DNA of 63,652 nt, the filler included, from Octopus bimaculoides (Eukaryota), in NCBI RefSeq assembly GCF_001194135.2. It is 5 parts of 4 records of this genome, joined end to end, with 100 filler letters (N's around TTAATTAATTAA, not from the genome) between each part and the next. Parts side by side here need not be neighbours in the genome. Positions count along the whole stretch, not along the records: positions 39,795 to 61,301 come from NC_068988.1; 4 more parts are not named here. The stretch is one strand, 5' to 3'. Made by a program: the position numbers and the translations under genes. Below are positions 39,940 through 51,745 of this stretch, in pieces. How positions within the stretch are numbered: position 1 is the stretch's first letter; each line of letters opens with the position of its first letter. Below the pieces are notes generated by a model. That model was not told the DNA's origin and searched no databases. It saw nothing but the letters and a program-made list of their open reading frames with translations.

Positions 39940-40200
39940 GAAGTATGTATTACAAGGCAATACAATGAAGTTTTGACAAAAATTTTACCATCCGACGAAG
40001 AAATGTGTCATAGGTACTCACCACCATGACAGTTAATTTTGCTGATGTCCACATAACAAAATTAGAGCTATAGTTACTAGAGACATTTAAATCATTGCTA
40101 ATTCATAAACCAGTTATTTTGGTTACGGTTGAGTGATGACGTCTTTTTCGTTTGGGAAGGAACGAAAGACAATCTTTTAATTTTTACATTTTTGCTCTGG
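39940..40200 (+). mobile_element. Decayed Penelope-like reverse transcriptase fragment
   Basis: RLSDDVFFVWEGTKDNLLIF resembles the PLE RYIDDIFIIW motif; upstream VNFADVHITKLE resembles PSYANLFMGKLE. Confidence 0.5.
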
Positions 40201-40344
40201 TGGAGAAATGGTTGGAGTGTTCTATCAGATTTATACAAAACTTTTAAACAAATAGGACAAATAGGTGTATTACTCTTTTTCTTTTTTTTCTGTTTTTCTT
40301 TTTAATTTTTCATTTTGTTTTCTTGTTCTAATGAATAACATGAA

Positions 40345-40830
40345 CGAAATGGTTGTATACAGTGCTCAAGTGCATTACAACTAAGAAAAAAAAAAAAAGC
40401 CACCAGGTCTACTTTTGATGGATTTCGAGAACCATGGAAGTTTTGAAGGACGTAGTGTCACGACAGCTAACGATTGATGCGGGGAGTTTATTCCATGCTT
40501 CAACAATTCTGAGCGTGAAAAAATATTTCCGAAGGTCATGTTGTTTTTTGATTTTATAAGCATGTCCGCGAGTGTTTGTCATATGGAATTCAAAAAGGTA
40601 CCCAAGGTTGTTGTTTGAAAGATGGTGGATAATCTTGTGGGTGTCTACCAAGTCAGTTGCCAGACGTCTGAGCTTCTATGTGTCCATGCCTAGGGAAACA
40701 AGACGTTCAGAGTATGGTAAGTACCTAACGATGGGTATTCGTTCTGTTGCACGATTCTGAACAGTTTCCAGGATATTTATATGCTGAGCAATCTAGTTGA
40801 GTTTTTAAATTTTTGTATTTTTTAGTATTA
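40345..40830 (-). mobile_element. CR1-clade LINE 3' end (ORF2 C-terminus plus 3' UTR)
   Basis: Minus strand YSERLVSLGMDT*KLRRLATDLVDTHK...TRGHAYKIKKQHDLRKYFFTLRIVEAWNKLPASIVS...SFK. Confidence 0.88.
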
Positions 40831-40879
40831 TTGTGTTTTATTTTGGATCTGGGATAGACAGGCGTACTTTTTCATATAT

Positions 40880-41150
40880 CGTTTACTTGTTTCAGTGTTT
40901 TGAACTGCGGCCATGCTGGGGTACCGCCTTGAAGTGTTTGGTCGAATCCCAGTACTTATTTTTAAACTCTGGAATTCATTCTATCGCTCCTCTTTTTGCA
41001 GAAGTGCTAAGTTACGGAGATGTAAACAAACCAACACACATCACAGGATTCCACACAGTTTTCAGCTACCAAATTCACTCTTAAGGTACTGCCCAGCTCC
41101 GAGCTATAGTAGAAGGTACTTGCTAAAAGTGCTGCGCAGTGGGACTGAAC
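40880..41150 (-). mobile_element. SINE family A variant
   Basis: ttacttgtttcagtg...ctgcggccatgctgggg...gcgcagtgggactgaaccc. Confidence 0.8.
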
Positions 41151-41159
41151 CCCAAACTC

Positions 41160-41355
41160 TCTACTATTGGCACAAGGCTTGAAATTAGAGGAGGTGGATA
41201 GTCGATTACATCGACTCCAGTACTCGACTAGTACGTTTTTCATCGACCCCGAAAGGGTGAAAGGCAAAGACGACCTCGGCGGAATTTGAACTCAGAACGT
41301 AAAGACGAACGAAATGCCGTTAAGCATTTCGCCCGGCTTGTTAACGATTCTGCCA
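41160..41355 (-). mobile_element. SINE family C
   Basis: gtcgattacatcgactccagt...ggaatttgaactcagaacg. Confidence 0.85.
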
Positions 41356-41392
41356 CCACCACCATAATCATCATCATCATCATCATCTGATC

Positions 41393-41429
<37 letters not shown>

Positions 41430-41704
41430 CACTGCCATCAATTTTGACATATGAATGTTTGAAGGAGAGGATTGAGAAAAAAAAAGATAAACAAAGAAAA
41501 AAAAACCTTTAAGAGTAAAAGTAACTGCATCTATTTGTGATGGATTCTTGAACGTAATTTGAATGCAGCTATGGATTTTGCTATGAAGTCACAGTGGGGA
41601 CAACGGTGATTTTGATTTTGCCTGGGATTGGACAAATGTATTTGTTGATTGCAGGATATAATCCTTTTATTGCTTTGTTTCTTCCACTCAAATAGTAATA
41701 ATAA

Positions 41705-42208
41705 TACGGTTTTTGATTTTAACTGATTGGAAGTGCTATCATGTACATTGTTTTGTCTTGATATAAAAGGTGGGCTACAGCAAATATTCTGCTCAATACC
41801 ACAGATTTGATTGTCGGTTGCTTGACCTTCACCAGTTAAGCAGGTGTATCCCTGATCACGTGCAGAAGTAGTGAGTGAGCATCATAGTCATGTGTTGAGA
41901 GGAATTCTTTAGGGTTTGAATAATTCACCTTTGGAAACATGGATGTTTCGTTCAACATTCTTAAACAACCCTTATTCAGGGACCTTTTGAGCGGGATGGG
42001 CTACTCGACCTGAAGAAAGTTCTAACTGGGCTCCACCTACATGGTCATGCGCTGTTTATCTTAATATGAGATCACCATGTCGTGCACATATGATTGTGAT
42101 GCATGTGCCCGGTGTACCCTTATCAGACAGATAGTCATGATGAGTACATTGGGCCTCGGATATTTGTACCCCAATGTCACTTTGATGGTATGCGCTTCTC
42201 TTTCACTC

Positions 42209-42250
<42 letters not shown>

Positions 42251-42253
42251 GAC

Positions 42254-42325
<72 letters not shown>

Positions 42326-42328
42326 GAC

Positions 42329-42370
<42 letters not shown>

Positions 42371-42373
42371 GAC

Positions 42374-42412
<39 letters not shown>
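41705..42412 (+). mobile_element. 5'-truncated retroposon 3' end between TAA repeats (possibly Dong/R4-like), with long (TAA)n tail at 42208-42412
   Basis: aatagtaataataata at the 5' junction and (TAA)n at the 3' end; clade assignment is inference from TAA targeting only. Confidence 0.45.
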
Positions 42413-42413
<1 letters not shown>

Positions 42414-42600
42414 GTTTCAAATTTTATGACAAGGGCAGCAGTTTTGGAGGAGAGGATGAGTCGTTTACATCGACCCCAGTGTTCAAGTGGTACTTATTTT
42501 ATCGACCCCGAAAGGACGAAAGGTAAAATCGACCTCAGTAGAATTGGAACTCAGAATGTAAGGCCGGAAAAAATGCTACTACGCGATTTGCACCTAACTC
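42412..42600 (-). mobile_element. SINE family C
   Basis: tttacatcgaccccagtg...tttatcgaccccgaaagg. Confidence 0.75.
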
Positions 42601-42726
42601 TAAAACTTCTGCTGTAGTAATAATTATAGCAGTTTCACATTATTTACTAATGTGAAGAAATAGGTAACATACACACACACACACACACACACTGTACATA
42701 CGCAAGCAAACGTCTGTGTCTGTGAA

Positions 42727-42767
<41 letters not shown>

Positions 42768-43255
42768 CTGTATGTGTCAGTGTGCGTACGCACGCGCACG
42801 CGAGCATGCGTATGTGTGCTTGCACTTTTTGCATAATTGTGTATAAATTATATATCCTGTTTTGCATAATTTATATATCCTGCTGCGATGTTTAATGTTA
42901 AGTACCAGGACATTGAGGTATGGAGTAAGGGGAGAAGAAAGAGAAAGAAGTGTTATTTGTTATTGCGTTATGGTGACAATTAGAAGCATTGCAAGAATTC
43001 TATGGGCTATTGATAAAATTTCATACACACAACTATTATTATTTCGTAGCATTCATCTGCCTAAATATATCCGTCATCCTACATAGCAACAAACTTGCCT
43101 ATCTATTGTTTATCCATTCATCTGTAATATTTATCTCCTTGTTATATATATATATATATATATATGGGAGAATATACAAAAAATAACAACAGACGAGGAC
43201 AGGTGGTGTAAATAACAAAAGTATATATTAGTATGACGCTCGGGAATACGGAAAG

Positions 43256-43292
43256 TCTTTGACGTTTCGAGCTACGCTCTTCAACAGAAAGA
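43256..43292 (-). ncRNA. Penelope-type minimal hammerhead-like motif (core CUGUUGA, triplet GUC)
   Basis: Minus strand ucuuu-CUGUUGA-A-gagc(gua)gcuc-GAAAC-GUC-aaaga. Confidence 0.55.
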
Positions 43293-43356
43293 ATACGGAG
43301 ACAAGGAGAAAAACACGGAGAAAAAAAATTGAATAGTGTTCAGTCAACGGTCAATC

Positions 43357-43390
<34 letters not shown>

Positions 43391-43639
43391 CCATATGATA
43401 TTATATAATATAAGAAGAACAAGAATATGGCAAGAATCCATATCATACATCATCATATACAATAACAGGCTTTTATCACTCTCCATTCTTCTTCTGGCTT
43501 ATCTTGGCCTGGTTGTCAAATTCGTTGTTACTGGACGAGTTATAATGTTCTATGCACTGCGATTCATACTTAACGGAATAGCTGATATTTATTCCTACAA
43601 CACAATGGATATAGAGTCGTTTACTAAGACAATTGGTGG

Positions 43640-45829
43640 CCTTGACTTATTTTCCTTGCCTTTGTCTCCACTGAGGCTTTCATAAGTACTTTTATATCTA
43701 TGTCATATGCCATTTGCCTTCAATAGAAATTGTATCTCGCTCATAGAGGTCGTCCACTCTCATTGTTTGCCGACTGTTGATAGCTTTTAGAGAGTTCGAG
43801 TTTAGAAACACTTCTCCTGCTACAGTAACTCACAATGTTATAAAAGTTTGTAAAGCTATTACAATATTAGGTACAAAGTTTTCTAATTTATGGAGGAAAA
43901 ATTTATTCGGTAACATACTTTAGAGAACTCTCTGCTGTAAATTTCTTCACGCTGGCTTTCAATTCATCTTTTAATCCTAATGCATTTATGTCAGAATGCC
44001 TATGGTATTGCAGAGCCAAAACCAATTTTTCACAATGTTCGAGCACTTTAACGTACGGTTTTGTGGCCAATTTAACAATAACGTAGAAGAAACCAAACGC
44101 TTGCCATATTCCTTCCATTTGTTCACGCATTTCTTTGACTGATGTAATAACTGTTTCCAAAATTGCCAAATAAAATTCAGATTTAAATCTAAATTGAGGA
44201 TCTTCTAATGGTTCAGACGATATTTTTTTTTCCGACTTCCTTTCTGCTTTCGAATGCAGTGGATGTTCCTGCACTGACTGCTATTTAACATTAATCATGT
44301 ATTATTTTTTTAAATGCTTTCTTTGCTCTACACTTTTGCAATAAAAATGCATGTTGTTAATTTCAGTTGTGGGCGAATATAAAAGTTTTCTTTCTCTATT
44401 TGCTTACTTGTGGGATAAATTTAATTCAAAAGACAATGACGATGATAATCTTGAAGTTAGAAATAGTCTTGGCAAAATACTTTACTTGACATCGCGTTAT
44501 GGTTCCCCCACAGAGAAAATACTTTTTCATTTTCAATTAATACATCATTTACTTTTCTTAGATAATAAGTACAAAAAGAAAACAACACGGGAGGCATAAG
44601 TTTTAACAAATGTTGCATTAGCTTAACGCTTAAAAAGAAAGGAGAGTATCTTGATGTTTTGGACGCTTATCTTTCATCAGAAAAAAAAAAAAAAAAAGAA
44701 TGAGAAAAAGTGACGAAAAGGAAAATAATGAGGAGTGGTTGTTGGAAAGTGGGTTAGGAATCGTACTGCTGTTACTCAACCTCTTCGCCAAATAGTTTAA
44801 GGGAAATAATGTTCAAAATATTCTATACGTGTGTTCCAACAACGCGTCGAACTTGAAAAGAAAACACACAGCTTTCCTATTGAATTACAAAAAATAATAA
44901 TGCATCCGTGCAACAGCACACTGCATCATTTGCAACCGGATTTAATGCAAGGTTCGAAAAATATACATGGAATGTGAAATTCGTTTCTGAACACTTTTAT
45001 GTTTACCTTTCATGTTGTTTCTATCATCGCAGAATTACCCTCACAAGTTATCTAAACTTAAGAATGAACTTTCAAGCTCTGTTAGTAACCTTTTATGCTA
45101 AATAAGTGCTTGTTAATTAATTTATAGAAATAAGCCCCCTCCACCACCACCACCACCACCAATGTTCTTTTATATTAACAGCTGTAGAATAAGACATTGA
45201 AAAGTTGATGTCTACAAAACTTATTACAATTGTCATTTACTCGGGATTCAGTTAACGATTAAAGAAAGTTATATGGGGTTTGTCAGAGTTTTCCAATTTT
45301 TGATTTGATTACATTCACTAATAACTGAATATTTTTATACTGCATGTTTTTACCAAATATTTCAAGCACTGTTCATTGTCTTTTATTTTGTGTACAAGTT
45401 CATCCATTTTAGAGAATCATACAAAACTAATATTTCAAAAAATTTAAGAAAATCTCCAATTTATTGAGGACACTAAATACCATTGTAAATAAGGATTCTG
45501 CGCCATTTAAACTCTTACTAAATCGGTCAATCTTCTTAAAACTTTATGCCAATATTTCTGTTTATTTTCAATTAGTACTTCATTCTCACAGACTTTATTT
45601 CACCTTCTTTCATTTTAAATTTCAGTTCCTTCCATTTGTTTCTGTTATTAATATGATTACAAAGGCGATGAGGTAGCAGAATCGTTAGCGCATCGGAAAA
45701 ACTGCTTAGCGCAGTCCTTCTGGCTTTACTTCTGAGTTCGAATTACGCTACGGTTGACTGTGCATTTTATTCTTTCGGGCTCAATAAAATAGATACCAGT
45801 CAAGTACTGAGGTCCATGTAATTAATTTG

Positions 45830-45875
<46 letters not shown>

Positions 45876-46953
45876 TTCATCAAATTTGTTAGCTTTGTGC
45901 CAAAATTAGAAAGGATTTTCGGTGTGATTACATGTCTTCTTGTGCGACGCCTGTAGTGTTGCCATGTTGTGCCAATCTTTACTGCTCTTGTCAGATAAAA
46001 TGCCCAGACTTTGCTTAAAGAAGTTGTTAATAAATAAGTTACAACAGAAACAAAACATAAAGCTCTATAGATATTGAATATTGTGACTATCCTCGACCAG
46101 TAACTTCACCACTGGCAAGCTTTCTGTTATGAAAAAAATAATGGTTGATACGTCTTTTTTTTAAATTTTGCATTTAAAAAATCAATACTCAGCACTTACT
46201 CTGGCTTGTAGTTGTTGATAACAGAACACCTGAGTAATTTATCTATTTTGTCCTTGGCCATGGAAATGAATCAGTGTAAATAATGCCCTCATTATGTTGA
46301 AACGTTGACAAGTCGGTTTCATTTACTCCGCTAGTATTTCCTACGAAAAAGTATCTGACGCAACGTAAAAACTATTAGCCGTAAGTTCATGATATGTAAC
46401 CGCCATATTAAACTCTTCCTTATCTTCTTTATTTTCCTACCTTATCAGCATCTTTTGATAAAACAGTCTTACATCGGATGAACCAAAAAAAATAAAATCT
46501 TAAATATAACTGCTATGTTTTGATAAAAACTGCTTATCTCTATATTTAAAAAAACCCAGCTGTGTCTCACGCATCTACTTCCGGTACCATACCAGCTTGT
46601 TTATTGATGATACATGGCCCTTTTAATTTGATTAAAGGATATAAGTTAAACTAATTTTTAGCCCCGTGAAAGGAATAGCAAAATTTGGCTGTGAGAAGGC
46701 AATTGAATTACTTTAGGGGTTTACATTACCAAAGATGATGGTTATTAAAAAGTGTAGGCATTCAATAAGACAGACCTGTAAAATAAATTTCGTCAAACAT
46801 GAAACAAATAGGAACGTCCTCAATCTAACGATTTTATCTGTTATTATATTGTTATCATTATCATTATGATTACCATTATTTACTCTGGAGTTCATCTCTG
46901 AGATCATGACGCCCTAGGCAACCGCCTTAGTTTATTACCGTTCTTAGTGACTG
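43640..46953 (-). mobile_element. Decayed hAT transposon (ZMYM1-like: TTF zinc finger, DUF4371, C-terminal dimerisation domain)
   Basis: Minus-strand relics in correct order: FCFCCNLF...DWHNMA (about 46150-45930), NKWKEL...YWHKVLRRL (45660-45180), EDPQFRFKSEFYLAIL...SDINALGLKDEL (44274-43903), VPNIVIAL...TVA...ISIE (43900-43660); outer boundaries uncertain. Confidence 0.82.
45662..45924 (+). mobile_element. SINE family C inserted in the hAT transposase, 8-bp TSD
   Basis: tgattaca at 45654-45661 and 45925-45932; the transposase reading resumes on both sides. Confidence 0.8.
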
Positions 46954-47061
46954 GGCATAAAATTAAAGGCTTCTATATGTTAGTCCCGGCGAAGTTAAGG
47001 TCGTAGGACTAGAAACGCTATCATAAGATCCCAATAACAACATAGTTTACGACAATGGTCT

Positions 47062-47250
47062 CAATTTTTGATACAAGGCGGAGGCGATAATTAAGTCGAT
47101 TACATCGACATCAGTATTCAACTGGTACATATTTTAATTGTCCCGAAAGAATGAAAAGTGAAGTCAACCTCGATGGGTAAAGAGCCGGAAGAAATGCCGT
47201 TGAGCATTTTGTCCGACGTGCTGAGGATTCCGCTAGCTCGCTGCCTTAAC
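47062..47250 (-). mobile_element. SINE family C
   Basis: aagtcgattacatcgac...gattccgctagctcgctgcc. Confidence 0.75.
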
Positions 47251-47373
47251 ATAGTTTATGATAATGCCGCTTGAGAGTTTCTGTCAGTCATTAATCGTAT
47301 TTTCTGATTCAACTACGAGGACATTTCAGATAATGTACTCCTGGTATTTGTATCTGAAAATAAGATGAGACGA

Positions 47374-47444
47374 TCATAAATGGGAATTTTCTTCTCATAA
47401 ATGGGAATTTTCTTCTCATAAATGGGAATTTTCTTCTCATAAAT
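47374..47444. repeat. 21-bp tandem repeat, about 3.4 copies (tcataaatgggaattttcttc)
   Basis: Direct reading. Confidence 0.95.
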
Positions 47445-47529
47445 GTGCTTGATCTGGAGGAAGACAATAATATTTTGTATTGGCATAAAACTACATAGTT
47501 CAGGGTATTTAGGAATTAGTGGGTAATAC

Positions 47530-47757
47530 TTTCTACTACAGGCACAAGACCTGAATACATAACATTACCGGAATTTGGGGGAGGAATAAATCGATTACAT
47601 CGAGCTCAATGCTTAACTGGTACTTATTTTATCGACTCCAAAAGGATGATAGCAAAAGTCGACCTCAGTAGAAAATGAACTCAGAAAGTAAAGCTAGAAA
47701 AAATGCTGCCAAGCATTTTGTCCATTTGCAAACGATTCTGCCCTCTCGCCGCCTTGA
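47530..47757 (-). mobile_element. SINE family C
   Basis: aggcacaagacc...gattctgccctctcgccgcc. Confidence 0.8.
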
Positions 47758-48319
47758 TATAATGGATAATATATCGATTTCATTACTTCACTGCTACATT
47801 ATTTCATCGGTCCTGGGAAGGATGTAAAGTAAAGTCAACCTTATTGTCATCCGAATTTTTGTAAGTAAAGGAACTCAGCTCAGTACTACAATCACTGCTA
47901 TCCAAATATAAGGCTTCTACATGCTCGCCCATCACACTTTACAGTGTAAGTAAAGAAGTGTTATACAGATGCATTATAGATTAAAGATAGAATTGTCACA
48001 GTCGGAAAGCCTATGGTCATAGATATATTACATAAGTGTTTAGCCGAGGCTTAACAAATAACACAGTTAATGAGATAAGATTAAACCATAAACACGGCTT
48101 AGATTTTTTGTTTCGTTTTAAAAGTGAAAACAAAAAGTATTTAAACTTTTGAAATTCATATATAAAAATTAATAAATAAAATAAATGAATAAAACTACAA
48201 CAAAGTAAGATTTTCAGAAACTTTTGTTTTTAAAGCGTTTCCGCAATACTGATTTCTCTGAACCAGGGTTAGTCACCTTGGTCAACTCACTCTAAATTAA
48301 ACAAATAAATAAAAAAAAT

Positions 48320-48576
48320 AAATGCACCCTTTTAAAGCCTAGCCAGGCTCATGGGCACGGTTTCCCGGTTTCAATGGTATATGTGTTCCCCAGCTGGACG
48401 GGATGCCTGCCCATCACAACATTACTCATTTTTGCCAGCTGAGTTGACTGGAGCAACGTGAAGTGAAGTGAAGTGTTTTTCTCAAGAACACAACGCGCCG
48501 CCCGGTCCAGGAATCGAAACCACAATCTTACGACCATGACGCTGACACCCCTAACTACTAAGCCACGCGCCTCCAC
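48320..48576 (-). mobile_element. SINE with tRNA head, CORE-like domain and V-domain-like 3' part
   Basis: Minus strand gtggaggcgcgtggcttagt...ggtttcgattcc; gatgggcaggcatcccgtccag resembles the V-SINE motif. Confidence 0.8.
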
Positions 48577-48716
48577 ACAAATTAAACAAATACAAAACTT
48601 AAATAATTAAATGAAATACTGGTATATGTGCATAATGTAAATCAATGCGGATCATAAGTGGGTCTGGAACATCATTGTCAAGAAAGTCGGTGTTGTATCT
48701 GTATTTATTAAACGCA

Positions 48717-49030
48717 GTGAAGACAGTGGGTTAATGCTAAGGGATGTTCAATTCACGATCGTAAGATCGTGTGTTCGATTCCCGACTGCGCATTATGTCC
48801 TTGAGCAAGCCATTTTATTTCTCGTTGCTCTTGTCCACTCAGCTGGCTATACTGAGTTGTGCCCCTAATTCAAAAGGCCAGCTTTGTCACATCCTGTGAC
48901 ACACTGAATCTCTCCGAAAACTACGTTAAGGGTACACGTGTCTGTGGAGTGCTCAGCCATTTGCACGTTAATTTCACGACCAGGCTGTTCCGTTGATCGA
49001 TCGGATCCTCGCCGTAACCGACGGATGCCA
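48717..49030 (+). mobile_element. Chimeric SINE: CORE-like body plus family B 3' tail
   Basis: tgtccttgagcaag...cactcagctgg, then aactacgttaagggtacacgtgtctgtggagtgctcagcca...gtaaccgacgga as in family B. Confidence 0.8.
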
Positions 49031-49059
49031 GTTCTTAATTAAACACATTTGTGCTCGCA

Positions 49060-49226
49060 AAATCGTGAGTGTTTCAGGCAAAATGCCTCACGTTGTTGGT
49101 TGAGATTCTTTACGTTCCAGGTTCAAATCCTGCGGGGTTCAAACTTGCCTTTCATTCTTTCGGGGACAAAAAAGTAATGTATTAGTGAAGTAGTGGGATA
49201 AATATAATCGACTACTACTTCCCCAT
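49060..49226 (+). mobile_element. SINE family C, diverged
   Basis: ggttcaaatcc...ttgcctttcattctttcgggg. Confidence 0.6.
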
Positions 49227-50236
49227 NNNNNNNNNNNNNNNNNNNNNNNNNNNNNNNNNNNNNNNNNNNNNNNNNNNNNNNNNNNNNNNNNNNNNNNNNN
49301 NNNNNNNNNNNNNNNNNNNNNNNNNNNNNNNNNNNNNNNNNNNNNNNNNNNNNNNNNNNNNNNNNNNNNNNNNNNNNNNNNNNNNNNNNNNNNNNNNNNN
49401 NNNNNNNNNNNNNNNNNNNNNNNNNNNNNNNNNNNNNNNNNNNNNNNNNNNNNNNNNNNNNNNNNNNNNNNNNNNNNNNNNNNNNNNNNNNNNNNNNNNN
49501 NNNNNNNNNNNNNNNNNNNNNNNNNNNNNNNNNNNNNNNNNNNNNNNNNNNNNNNNNNNNNNNNNNNNNNNNNNNNNNNNNNNNNNNNNNNNNNNNNNNN
49601 NNNNNNNNNNNNNNNNNNNNNNNNNNNNNNNNNNNNNNNNNNNNNNNNNNNNNNNNNNNNNNNNNNNNNNNNNNNNNNNNNNNNNNNNNNNNNNNNNNNN
49701 NNNNNNNNNNNNNNNNNNNNNNNNNNNNNNNNNNNNNNNNNNNNNNNNNNNNNNNNNNNNNNNNNNNNNNNNNNNNNNNNNNNNNNNNNNNNNNNNNNNN
49801 NNNNNNNNNNNNNNNNNNNNNNNNNNNNNNNNNNNNNNNNNNNNNNNNNNNNNNNNNNNNNNNNNNNNNNNNNNNNNNNNNNNNNNNNNNNNNNNNNNNN
49901 NNNNNNNNNNNNNNNNNNNNNNNNNNNNNNNNNNNNNNNNNNNNNNNNNNNNNNNNNNNNNNNNNNNNNNNNNNNNNNNNNNNNNNNNNNNNNNNNNNNN
50001 NNNNNNNNNNNNNNNNNNNNNNNNNNNNNNNNNNNNNNNNNNNNNNNNNNNNNNNNNNNNNNNNNNNNNNNNNNNNNNNNNNNNNNNNNNNNNNNNNNNN
50101 NNNNNNNNNNNNNNNNNNNNNNNNNNNNNNNNNNNNNNNNNNNNNNNNNNNNNNNNNNNNNNNNNNNNNNNNNNNNNNNNNNNNNNNNNNNNNNNNNNNN
50201 NNNNNNNNNNNAAAAACATTATATTTCGGGTGTAAA

Positions 50237-50402
50237 CACTAGCGTAGCTAGGGGGTGGGGTAGGTGCGGTCCGCCCTGGGCCGCACTTTTAAAGGGGGCA
50301 CCACTTTTGGGTCTGCTGTAGACAATATGTGTTTTTTGTGGGGTCTGGGGGCAGCAAACAGAAGGGCGGCCCCGGGCGGCACACACTCTAGCTACGCTAG
50401 TG
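50237..50402. mobile_element. hAT MITE (166 bp), perfect 15-bp TIR, 8-bp TSD
   Basis: cactagcgtagctag / ctagctacgctagtg; TSD ggtgtaaa / ggtgcaaa. Confidence 0.92.
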
Positions 50403-50751
50403 GGTGCAAAGGCCTATCTTCAAAAGTGAGCAATCAAAGAAATGAGAAGATAGGCTGAAATATAAAGGTGTAAAACTTTCAGCATTGTTAAAAACTCTCT
50501 TTATTTTCCTTCTCTTTCATTTCCTACTTCTTTACTACAATGTTTCAAGCGAACTACAACACGCTTAACGAAAAAATATGTTTAGCCCCAAAGATGAGGT
50601 TCAGTAAATTATAATCTTATTTACAATAGGTAATCTCAAACATCTATACATTTAATGAATTGTAGAATTTATGAATTGTCAAGTTTATAGGGATTAAAAG
50701 ACCTTAAGAGTTAACTGTTGATCTAGTTTATCTTTTCTGTAATCCGAGGTT

Positions 50752-50900
50752 CAAGGCGGCGAACTGGCAGGGCTATTAGAACGTAGGATAAAATTCCTTG
50801 CGAGATTTGTTCTGAAACTCGGTGCTCTGTGATCAAATAGAACCGAGGTCAATTTTACCTTTTATCCTTTTGGGGATCAATAAAAAAAAGTGCCAATCCA
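50752..50900 (+). mobile_element. SINE family C, diverged
   Basis: aaggcggcgaactggcag...gaggtcaattttaccttttatcc. Confidence 0.65.
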
Positions 50901-51439
50901 CGGCTGTGGGTTGTCAGAGCTCTTTGAGAGTTGCGTGAGATGACTCGTCATATGTCTTCCAACTATCCGTGTTTCGACAACAACGCATGCGCAGCATTAA
51001 TGCCAAGTGTATCGGCCTAAGTCGGCATGGAGCGGCGAGACTTTCATGTGAGGACAATTTCTAACTTTACTAAATGAATGTTGTCCCCACTTGCTCAGTG
51101 TTTTTGCAGATGCATGGTTAACATCGACCGATGGAGTTTCTTCTATCTCAGGCTTGTTTTTACACTAACCAGGAACAGTTCATAAATTTTATAAAACAAT
51201 TGGTGAACAATAGCGTCGTTGGTTACAGGTTTCTTACCAGCCAATCCTGAGTTCACTGCATTTCTGATGAAGCGTCACTAGGGAGTGTAGAACAAATATC
51301 ACAAAGAACTTATTGAAAATTACTTAAGCACCAATTTCCTATTTTCATACCGAAAGCCGATATACATCGAATACATACATACATACATGAGCATGTCTAG
51401 ATATGCAACTATATGCATGAGAATACATGCATAAAATAT

Positions 51440-51520
51440 ACAATTCTGCACATACATATATACATGCATACATACATACATACATACATACATACATACA
51501 CGCATACATACATACATACA

Positions 51521-51554
<34 letters not shown>

Positions 51555-51572
51555 CATACATACATACATACA
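51440..51572. repeat. (ATAC)n microsatellite
   Basis: Direct reading. Confidence 0.95.
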
Positions 51573-51711
51573 AAAATATCCTGTGGTTGATGTTGAAATT
51601 CCAATGAAGGAACCTTGGATCAAGGATAGAAACCGGTTCTTTCTCTATTGGCAAGAAATATTGAAATAGACTGAATAATGACATACATACACGCACAGAC
51701 AGATAGACATG

Positions 51712-51745
<34 letters not shown>

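Noticed and set aside
51100-51170. tgtttttgcag acceptor followed by a short open frame
   Set aside because: No matching donor or homology; frame closes after about 19 codons
51585-51680. ccaatgaagg...cctt-ggatc-aagg...gaaaccggttc module between (ATAC)n tracts as a fourth hammerhead
   Set aside because: Core CCAAUGA and the stem I/II registers do not close cleanly; may still be a decayed PLE LTR piece
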